Source: Wallemia ichthyophaga EXF-994 (taxonomy: Eukaryota; Fungi; Basidiomycota). From it: 32,000 nt of DNA. Both the position numbers and the translations under genes were made by a program. Below the pieces are notes generated by a model. It made no database searches. It saw nothing but the letters and a program-made list of their open reading frames with translations, and was not told the DNA's origin. Shown piece by piece: positions 21,301 to 30,768 of the stretch (within the stretch, counting starts at the first letter, position 1; each line of letters starts with the position of its first letter). Location: NCBI RefSeq assembly GCF_000400465.1, contig NW_008806287.1:240001-272000 (forward strand), given 5' to 3'.

Positions 21301-22183
21301 GGTGTGTTTGCGTAGACAGATAGCTGACAATACCAATATGTAGGAAGGTTCATTCGCAGACGTCTCTCGGGATTATTAATCGATCTAGCCAACGCAGCTG
21401 CTGTATACAAGCACCTTCCAACCACATTAGGTGGGATAATCGAACTCCTCGAATCAATTGTACATGAGAGGGTAAGTTGGTCTATATAATAACTCCCTCC
21501 AATTCTGACCAACCAACAAGGCTATTCTCCTGCAATCTACAGACGTAGGATCGATACTGATAGCGCTGACAAACGCAGTAAGCGCGTCGAAGGGGACAGT
21601 GGAGAATGAAGCAGACTCAGCGAAAGCACAAGCACTCTATGACCGGGTGAATTCAACGTTACTCCAACTAATCAGACTGCGTAGAGACATATGCGCCAGC
21701 CATGCGCCCTCACTAGCGCTTCTCCTGAGTGGGCTAATCGGGTTACCACTAACACTGCGTCCCAATCTTGGTGGGGGAGCAATACGAGCGCATCTAGCGC
21801 ACCGCCCGAGCTGGCTACCTAGCGAGATGGCGCTGAACCCTAAATCACTTACGCGGCTACTGGAGGGGTTAACGACGAAGACGGTGCCACTGACAACACA
21901 GCACCAGCAGCAAGTCACGTCGAACAGCTTGAAGGAGGCATTCGCGCGTCATGCTTATATTGTCCTGCACACTTTCGCTCGCTCGGCCACCTCCCCACAT
22001 AGCTTCTACCCTCAGTCTACCAGACATAGCTTGATGGCAGGCTTGTATGCACTGTGCGAGTGCGTCGATCTACATAAAGAACAGGAATTTATGCTTTCGG
22101 GTATCACGGATGATGGCGCAAGGAGCGTCGTCAAGGTCTTGTGGAAGGATTACGATGAACAGCGCTATGTCGGTCTCTCGTGA
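18368..22183 (+). CDS. URB2: Nucleolar 60S biogenesis factor Urb2/Npa2; about 6 exons
   Basis: The C-terminal Urb2 domain reads AFARHAYIVL...LMAGLYALCEC...DDGARSVVKVLWKDYDEQRYVG, with an internal ILTSALFWELSRFR. Five GT-AG introns link ORFs 18368, 20070, 20620 and 21599 in frame. Confidence 0.78.
20746..20769 (+). repeat. (ACA)7-ACG microsatellite encoding poly-Thr inside URB2
   Basis: The sequence acaacaacaacaacaacaacaacg translates as TTTTTTTT in the 20620 ORF. Confidence 0.9.
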
Positions 22184-22260
22184 TAACTGTGACAGTGCTG
22201 TACTATTTATTCATTTGCTTTGTTAGTTTATATATAAATTGTTCATTATCTTGTTATCAA

Positions 22261-22970
22261 ATGACTGACATGGCTGATAATACAAATACAAAACTAATCG
22301 CAGCGGCATTCGAGGGTGCGTATAATAGCTTGAGAAAGCAGCACCCAACCAACAAGCCGCCCAGGCCAGAAGAAATCTTACTGCCCTTACAGCCAGTTTA
22401 GAGTGGGCGCGGCAGTTGTGAGCGAGGATGGCAAAGTGTTCAGTGGTGCGAATGTGGAGAATGCGTCGTGGGTAGTGCAGGCTGGAAGTATAAGGACATA
22501 TTTCTGACCACATCTGGTACAGATATGGCGGAGCAATTTGTGCAGAACGTACAAGTCTGGTGAAGGCTGTAGTGGGTAGAGGTACGCAACGAGGCTGGTA
22601 ACGCTCACCGAAGACAGTCAGAGGGGTGCACCAACCTGAGCGGTCTGGCAGTCGTCTCTGATCTCGATGAACCTATCACGCCATGCGGGATTTGTAGACA
22701 GTTCCTCAGGTGCGGTTGGAGTGTTTGGTAGTGTTGAGTTGTCTATTCACCACATTGCCATTTTACAGAGAATTCTTTGCTCCACGTACACCTATCTTGC
22801 TGGTATCGCAATCGCACCACGCGAACGCAAACAGGCGCGATACAGATTATGCAGGAGAAGTCGTCATCAAGACTAATATAGAAGAACTATTGCCGTGGGT
22901 GACGAAGCCATTCACTATTCACAGCTAATGTCGTTACAGACGCAGCTTTGGACCGGAGCAGTTAGGATAA
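22261..22970 (+). CDS. CDD1: Cytidine deaminase (homotetrameric, Cys-type Zn site); 6 exons; not shown whole in the ORF track
   Basis: The spliced product is [18 protein letters not shown]|[35 protein letters not shown]|[16 protein letters not shown]|SEG...[11 protein letters not shown]|REF...EELLP|RSFGPEQLG*. It has the CAE and PCxxC Zn ligands and five GTG-type donors. The start could be 22261 or 22270. Confidence 0.93.
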
Positions 22971-23050
22971 ATTACGAAGAAGCTTTGTGTATCATTACAT
23001 TTAATAGTCGAGGAGTCAGGAAGAGAGTGAAAGAATCCCATGCGAGTGGT

Positions 23051-23961
23051 TTATGCAGTGGCCATTTCCTTCTTCATATCAGCAATAGCCATAGCTGGAT
23101 TGAGACCCTTTGGACAAGTGCGAGTGCAATTGAAGATGGTATGGCATCTGTATAAACTGAAAGTGTTCTCGAGCTTCTCCTTACGCTGAGCAGCCTTATC
23201 GTCTCTAGAGTCAGCGATCCATCTATAAGCCTGCATGAGAACGGCTGGACCGAGGTACTCATCTTGATTCCACCAGTAAGATGGACAAGAAGTGGAGCAA
23301 CAAGCGCAGAGGATGCACTCGTACATACCGTCCAATTTCTTCCTCTCCTCTGGCGACTGACGGTGTTCAACGCCATCGGGAACGTTGTCAGATTGGAGGT
23401 ATGGCTCAATTGATTTGTATTGCTTGTAGAATTGAGTCATGTCAGGTACTAAGTCCTTGACAATGTACATATGAGGAAGTGGATAGATTTTGCTCGGCTT
23501 GTTCTCATTTCTGTCTATTCTGCATAAACAAGCCAATGTATTCTGGCCTTCAATGTTCATAGCGCAAGAGCCACAGATTCCTTCTCTGCAAGACCTTCTG
23601 AAGGTGAGTGTTGGGTCTGCTTCGTTCTTGATCTTTCTATGCGTATTCATGAGTCGTGTATCTATTGGCGATATTCGCCACCCACAATAAAGCGTCTAGT
23701 ACCATTGGTCCACATGAGTTGAGGTCAACGTCGTATGTCTGCATGCGTGGCTTTTCTGCTGGTTCATCTGGGTTCTGTGGAGTGTTAAAACCGTTATACA
23801 ACCCAGCCACAGGTCAAACTCACCCATCTGTAGATCTGGAACTTCTTCATTAGCGCAGGCTTAGCGCCACCGACGGGAGTGGCAAGTGAGCGACGTGTAG
23901 ATGAGCTGAATGATCTAGCTGCTTGCTTTACAGCCACTGAGCTTCTTGACATGTTTATCAT
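23051..23961 (-). CDS. SDH2: Succinate dehydrogenase iron-sulfur subunit; introns 23775-23823 and 23637-23685
   Basis: An Arg/Ser-rich presequence, FQIYRW|[13 protein letters not shown]|[38 protein letters not shown] and [17 protein letters not shown]. Confidence 0.97.
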
Positions 23962-24190
23962 TTTTCGTCGTCGTTGTTCTCAAAAAGGCCGAATCGTCTC
24001 AGCAAATCAAATCGCCTAAGTTTGTGAAACCGATTTCAAGCGAGGATTGAGTGGTGATGTGAGGGGAGTGTATTTTATCCATTTATCAATCTTGACATCA
24101 ATAATCACACCAAAGAATCATGTCAGAGCATTCAGTCAGTCAGTTCAAGATGAAAATTTTACATAATTTGAATTCATATTTATAAACGAT

Positions 24191-24795
24191 TTATTCTTCA
24201 AGTGGTGTGTACTCTCTGGCCTGTGAGATTATTATTAGCTTTACCATTTCAATTACCGAGCTTAAACCCACCTTATTCTCATCAACACCACTTAACTCAT
24301 CCTTAAGTCCATCTCTGTAGCTTAAATTAGTATTAAAATAATCGTAAAACCCATCTTAACCCACCTAGGATAATCTCTTGGTGCAACGTTACGCTGTGGT
24401 ACCATTGCGCTGGCCAAATAACCAAATGCAGAGAAAGCAATTATAGTGTAAAGAATACTCTTTGCAGATTCCGCGTAAGAGTATTGATGTACATCTGGTG
24501 CGTGCACTCCAAGGACATCCTCATCTTCATGTAGCTATAGTTGTGTATGAGCTAGAGATCAAAAGGACCAAAAAACACCCACCAAATCACCAAAGTTGGT
24601 TCTGCCTTGTTGATCCCAGTACTTGTTGTATGGGTTCTTCTCTTGTGCTTTCTGTGGTACAAATTGTGGGTAACCACCTAATTGAGGATCTGGTTCATCA
24701 CCCGTGGTAGCTGAACTTTGTCTGGTAGCGTAACATCTAACAGAATTGGATATGTTTATTTGCTTAAATCCACGCCTAGCAATCATATTAATCAT
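24191..24795 (-). CDS. NDUFB8: Complex I accessory subunit NDUFB8/ASHI-like; 4 exons
   Basis: A presequence, then DPQLGGYP, YWDQQGRTNFGDL|LHEDEDVL, one TM helix (SILYTIIAFSAFGYL), and PRDYP|RDGLKDELSGVDENK|AREYTPLEE*. All three introns have GTGGGT donors. Confidence 0.8.
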
Positions 24796-24802
24796 TTTTC
24801 AC

Positions 24803-24832
24803 TTGAACTGAGTTGAATTGAGTTGAATTGAA
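24803..24832 (+). repeat. Three tandem copies of a 10-bp unit TTGAAYTGAR in the NDUFB8/CCT5 divergent promoter
   Basis: ttgaactgag-ttgaattgag-ttgaattgaa. Confidence 0.85.
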
Positions 24833-24866
24833 GCTGCTCTGTTCAACAACACACTGACATAACAAA

Positions 24867-26708
24867 ATGTGAGAAATTTACATGTATTTGATAGCCCATA
24901 TAACTAATAATCAACTAGGGACGCTATACAACCAGGTGCAGCTGTCTACACGCAAGATGAAGTCCGTTCACTCAGAATCTTCTCGAATTCAACTTACACT
25001 CACATTTAGCACGGTAACCCTTTCATTATCGTTAGGGAGCAGGATAAGAAGACTCGTACAAGGGGCGTTGATGCTATTAAAGTTTGTCAGCCCTCTCTCA
25101 CTCTTCCTCGCTCACGAGAATACACCAGTCACATATCTTAGCTGCGCGTACTGTCGCAAATATTATTAAAACTTCTCTTGGTCCGCGTGGCCTCGATAAG
25201 ATTATGATTAGCCCTGATGGCGATATCACAGTCACAAACGATGGCGCAACGATATTGAGTTTAATGGAGGTGGACAACCAAGTCGCTAAACTTATGGTTA
25301 GCTTATCCAAATCTCAAGACGATGAGGTCGGTGATGGTACTACTGGTGTCGTTGTTCTTGCAGGCGCTATGCTCGATCAAGCTATCGGTCTTCTCGACAG
25401 AGGTATCCACCCAATCAGAATCGCTGATGGTTTCGATAGAGCTTGTAAAATTGCTGTTAGCGAGCTTGACGGTATCTCTGACTCTGTTGAATTCAGCCAG
25501 GATGGTAAAGGTCCTGGTACCGCTGCCCTCTACAAGGCTGCTTCTACTTCATTAGGTTCAAAGATCGTCTCGGCTCACTCTAAATTCGCTCAAATCGCTG
25601 TTGACGCCGTTCTCTCCGTCGCTGACATTGAACGTCGTGATGTTGACTTTGAATTGATCAAGGTTGACGGTAAAGTTGGTGCTTCTCTTGAGGATACTTC
25701 CCTAGTACAAGGTGTTGTCGTCGATAAGGATATGTCTCATCCACAAATGCCTAGATTCATCAAGGACGCTAAAATTGCTATCCTAACCTGTCCATTTGAA
25801 CCTCCACGTCCAAAGACCAAGCATAAGCTTGACATTGGTTCCGCCGATGAGTACAAAAAGCTCGAAGCCTACGAAAAGGAAAAATTCGCTGATATGATTA
25901 AGAAAGTTAAGGACTCAGGTGCTAATTTGGTCATCTGTCAATGGGGTTTCGATGACGAAGCTAACCACTTGTTGATGCAAAACGACTTACCTGCCGTACG
26001 TTGGGTGGGCGGTCCAGAGATTGAGCTTATCGCCATCGCAACAAACGGTCGTATCGTACCAAGATTTGAAGATCTTTCTGCTGATAAGTTGGGTCACGCT
26101 GGCGTTGTAAGAGAAATTGGTTTCGGTACAACAAGAGATAGGATGCTTGTTATTGAAGAGTGTGCAAACTCAAGAGCCGTCACTGTCTTTGTTAGAGGAT
26201 CGAACAAGATGATAATCGACGAAGCCAAGCGTGCACTCCACGACGCAATCTGCGTTGTTCGTAACTTGGTAGTTGATAATCGTGTTGTATATGGTGGTGG
26301 AGCAGCGGAGATTGCCTCATCGATAGCTGTCACAAAGGCTGCAGACGAGACTGCTTCAATTGAACAATATGCCATGAGAGCTTTCTCACAAGCTTTGGAC
26401 GCTATCCCATTAGCATTGGCTGAGAACTCTGGTCTTTCGCCTATTGAAACGCTCTCAGATGTCAAGTCACACCAGGTCAACGACAAGAATCCAAACCTTG
26501 GTATCGACTGTATGGGTAGAGGCAGCAGTGACATGAAAGCACAAAATGTACACGATCCACTTGTTTCAAAGAGACAGCAATACCTCTTGGCAACTCAGCT
26601 CGTGCGCGCTATTCTCAAAATTGATGGTGAGTCATAGGAGCGTGTAGATATTGGACTAGAGCTAACAACAATGAAATAGATGTTATCACAGCAGGTGGAG
26701 ATATGTAA
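24867..26708 (+). CDS. CCT5: Chaperonin CCT/TRiC subunit epsilon; 5 exons; start codon split by the first intron (AT|G)
   Basis: The spliced N-terminus is M|DAIQPGAVYTQDE|[14 protein letters not shown]...DAIK|[24 protein letters not shown], with [23 protein letters not shown] and [17 protein letters not shown] further on. Introns lie at 24869-24918, 24962-25009, 25082-25128 and 26627-26679. Confidence 0.95.
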
Positions 26709-26817
26709 ATATAAAATGCATTTGTTATTCCCAGTCTTGATTTTCTAATTTGGTGGATGCAATTTGTTTTAATTTCGCGATTCACCGCTTCGCCACTCTT
26801 CCGAGCACATCCATCAA

Positions 26818-26864
26818 GTAACCTTTTTGGAATAACACTCATTTTCTTTCTTGATCTTCTACAG
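26818..26864 (+). other. Putative 47-nt 5'-UTR intron ending 5 nt before the RING-RRM start codon
   Basis: GTAACC...pyrimidine tract...TTCTACAG followed by CCACCATGG. The length matches other introns in the window. Confidence 0.45.
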
Positions 26865-26869
26865 CCACC

Positions 26870-29428
26870 ATGGACAAGTTAAATTTCCCAAAGCATTCGA
26901 AAATTTTGACTCCGTCCAACAATCTCGGCGGTGCAAATGCTGCCGGCAGACTCGGCGAGAGGAGAAACCTCAACAAGGCTGCGCTGAGCTTCTGCGACGT
27001 CGGCGATCGTAAGCATCTCCTCATCTGCCGCGTTTTTGTGCTCATCTCGTCAAAGTTTCACACGTTGCGCAATCACAGGCGCCATCTCCTATAGCCATTC
27101 CAGCGTGCGCAGGTAGGTGCTGAGAATCTTTCCCATCTCCCATTTCTCGTCATCTAATACATCTCATCTCCCAGATTCCCAGTCGACAGCTCGTCCCATT
27201 CGTTCAAAGACCATATCTGTCTCCCCGCTCGTTAATGGACTGAAAGAGGCTGAGAAAGAGAATTCATCTCTCGATCACCGCAAGATCGTCTCCCACGACG
27301 TATCACAATTTCGCCTGCAGTTTCACAAGCAGGAGCTTGACCCTATCCAGGATGTAAACGAGCAAGGTACTTATAACAGCGAAATCCATTCACCATCGCT
27401 GGGCACTGGTACCCGGCGTTCTCAGCTGTTCTGCGTGAGCTGCTGCGAGCCACTCGCCAATCTCGGTGTCGTGTTTGACCCATGCAAACACACTTGCTGT
27501 GTTGTTTGCCTCGTTAACAGCCTCACACTCAATCGGGAGACATGCATTTTCTGTAAAGGTGTCATTCTCCGCTTCCAGTCTGTCAACGGCGGCCCTATCA
27601 CTTCGCCTGCTTTGTCAGGCATTGGTGATACCTCTGACGATTTCTTTAACCAATGCGCCCCAGCCGCTTCCATCACTAAAGACAGAAGCGAAAGAAGCTC
27701 CCTCAAGTCTATCTGGAGCCCTGAAAGCTCAATTAGTAGGGTTCCATCCATCAGCTCGGCACTGGCATCTCCACCACCACCGCCAGCAACGGTAGTGACT
27801 GCTGCGACTGCGACGCTGTCCCCAACGCCATCTCCTTACAGTGTTGGATTGCCACGCGTCAAGTATCCTAATCATGGCAATCTCAGGCTCCATGAAGGCG
27901 GCTGGCCAGTGCTCAAGTTGGAGAATGTTCCTTGGGTCGGTATCTATTGTCAGCTATTGGTTTGATTTTATTTAACGCCCAATTAGGACAGCACTCCATC
28001 AATAGTCGAGCAATGGCTGCCAAGAGAGGCATTGCCACACTGGAGTGTTAACAGCCACGCCATTCACGTCGTTCTTGACAGGTACGTCATTGCTTCTATG
28101 TCCACACACCTCTCACTCACATCACTCCGTCTAGAAACAACGGCAAAGCATCTAGCGATCTATACGTCGAAGTCGTGTCTGTGGAAATACGTAACGAAAT
28201 TATGCGCTCCAGACAACACTCTGTGCTTGAGAGCAGAGGAAGATCACGCTACGTGAACATTTTAGCGTCATCTCAAGATGAGCTTTTCAGAGCAGTGCGC
28301 TTTTTTGTTGCTGTGAAGCGTCTTGCCTTTCTTGCTAACTGAGACATGCAGATTTTTCCGAGCTGGTGCGATAATAGCGGCGACTACTGTAAGTGGCGAG
28401 GTGGTTAAATTGGTTTGTCATTTACATATTCCCAAGCCAAACTCATTTCTGATCATGAGCTGGGTACTCTTATCGACCTCTGCGAGCGTGTAGGCAAAAA
28501 GGCTATTCAGCGCATGCCTCCAAAGGTGGGAGTGTAAGCGGTAGGAATTGAAAAATCAACTAATACTGCTCCTAGATGCACTTCTGCAAAGAGCAGCAGA
28601 ACCCTTTCAACATGCTTATGTCGATTATTAGCAAAATGCCATGGCAGTTGCTTCCAGCTGACAAGCCCAAGAACTTATATCGTAGATACCAAACTGCACT
28701 TAATGGTGAGAATGTGTGCTTAATTCTATTGACTGACGCTGAGTTGCAATCGCAAATTACATTTTCCAGATTGCGTAAAGAGTTAGTTGTATCTTGGGTA
28801 GAAACAGGAAACTGGCTACTGACAAGAAACAAATACAGAAGCCATCGAAATTATTCTCTTCCACATCGAAGCACACGAAGAGAGCGTTGACATACAGATT
28901 TTGATTCGATTGGTAGGGGTGTTAACGCATCAAGCCTTACTGAATAACTAAAAACCTCCATAGCTGACAGTTGCGCTCTCGTGCCCAGGTAAAATACGCT
29001 TAATTAGAAAGGGCCTTCTGACATCTATGCAGCATTCAATGACGTGCAAAAGGACTGCTTCATGGTCATGTCGAAGCTCGACCCAAACAATCTTCCATCA
29101 ACAAACTTGATGAAGCATCACGCACCAAATCACGGTCTGGGACTGACCGATGTACCAGATAGCGGCTGGATTGAAATTGGTGGGGAAGGTCTGGAAGACT
29201 TAACTCAAACAAATGCAGGACCAGAAGTAAAACGTGGTAAATCAATCAGATTCAGCAGATCCGCATCGTCAATTAGCAAGCACAGCTATGACGCGCGTAT
29301 CGACTCTGCTTTACTTCCTCTCACGCCTGATCAATCGCCAGACATGAACTTCAACGCATTCGGTAAGTTGGTTGGGTTTAATTGATGACATAATAACGAA
29401 AACCACAGCAGATCAAATTAAACGCTAG
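26870..29428 (+). CDS. Uncharacterised RING-HC zinc finger + RRM-like protein; about 13 exons
   Basis: A C3HC4 RING CVSC-x13-CKH-x2-CVVC-x10-CIFC at 27432-27554. An RRM-like segment VLKLENVPW|DSTP...IHVVLDR|NNGKASSDLYVEV...RQHSVLESRGRSRYVNILASSQDELFRA|IFPSW follows. Twelve GT-AG introns give one continuous frame from the Kozak-context ATG at 26870 to TAG at 29428. The distal exons are less certain. Confidence 0.7.
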
Positions 29429-29657
29429 CTAGGTTTAGTAAGCGTTTAAAATTGCTTGTTTCTTTAGGATCATGTTTGATTACGTCTCTCATAACTTCTA
29501 GGTTGTATTCAAGATACCAAGGCACTGTATAGCAAATTGTAAATAACATTTATTATGTGAATATATCGCACAATCATTGATTTTATTTCTTCATTTACGT
29601 GTTGGGGATATTAAGTCGTGATTGACTGACTTGTATTCAACGATCAACGATTGTAGA

Positions 29658-30610
29658 ATGTCACAAGATCCATTAGCTGTGAGAATTTATTTGCGATCTT
29701 GAGGATGTTTGAACTAAACAACACTCTACAGGACTCATTTAACAGCTCTTTCGAGCCTGCACAAGTCAAGAAACCAACAGCGACAGAATCGGCCACGGCA
29801 TCGGCCATAGAATCGAGCACACAGACAGCACCTGTTGAGACTTCCAATAAATTCGAAAACCTCAAGGAAGAAATACCAAAGTCAGCGCAAGACGTTGAGC
29901 AGTCAAAGGCAGCCGCTGACGAGCTCGAGAAGAAAAAGGCAGAAGCGTTGGAGAGAGTAGAGGAGACGAGACAGCTTGACATGAAGCATCACAAGGAGAG
30001 AAATGAGCAGACCGATGCACGTCTCAAGAATGAAGGCTTGCCAGACATGTTGAAGTCTTCTGTTGAGGAAACACTGGTATTTCACGAGAACTACGCCAAG
30101 GAAAGAGAGGCAAATAGCTTCAAAGAGCAGCAAGCTATATCGAAGCAAGTGAATGATGCCGAGAAGAAGAGAAAGCATGAGCAGCCAATATTCTCTGCGA
30201 TCGACGTCGAAACAAAGCGTTTCAAGAGCGAGTCTGGTGAGGAGGTGGAATCATCTACTGTGCTCGTTGATAAGGAGAATTCGAGCTCCGATTTCGAGTT
30301 GGTGCAGTCAGAATGGATTGAAGAGAAGGAGGTAGGTGAGAATCAGAATGGAAATGGCGCCGTCCAGAAGTTCAACGACACCGCCCACCAATCACCTACA
30401 TTGGCATTATTTAGAAGACCCTCAATCAGAACTATGCTCGCCGCTCTCGCTGTAAACTTGCTCATTCCATTTGTGAACGGTATCGCGCTCGGATTTGGTG
30501 AAATTTTCGGCAGAGAAGTGCTCGTAGGATACTTTGGGTTTGGAAGGAGATGGTGGACACGCGTCGATAGTAGATCCAGCCTCGGTTCTGCCGGTGCTGG
30601 ATTACGATAG
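29658..30610 (+). CDS. MIM1: Mitochondrial outer-membrane insertase subunit Mim1/Tom13 with a long N-terminal extension; intron 29679-29731
   Basis: The C-terminal AVNLLIPFVNGIALGFGEIFGRE matches the Mim1 TM signature NLxLPFxNGxMLGFGE. The spliced start is MSQDPLA|DSFNSSF, and the protein is about 299 aa. Confidence 0.8.
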
Positions 30611-30768
30611 ACCATAGACGTTTCCCCATAGTAACAATAACAACGACTGCAGTCTCTGTTTATACGTTGAATTTATATTTAATATGCATATCGCTACACT
30701 TTATGATTATACGCGTCAAAGTCCCCTCACTGCCACCATCACAACAGCCGGTTTGGTGCAGAGGAGTG

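Noticed and set aside
22815-22870. About 15-aa insertion near the CDD1 C-terminus ([14 protein letters not shown])
   Set aside because: It is a variable surface loop away from the Zn site, and I recall length variation here in fungal cytidine deaminases.
13426-22970. EGT1, Nudix hydrolase and CDD1 as a possible metabolic gene cluster
   Set aside because: They are interleaved with unrelated housekeeping genes (PAC1-like, URB2), share no pathway, and no EGT2, transporter or cluster regulator is present.
24151-24160. Perfect RRPE-like TGAAAATTTT
   Set aside because: It sits in the AT-rich 3' flank of NDUFB8, upstream of SDH2, and neither is a ribosome-biogenesis gene. No matching RRPE/PAC pair is seen at SOF1 or URB2, so chance is likely.
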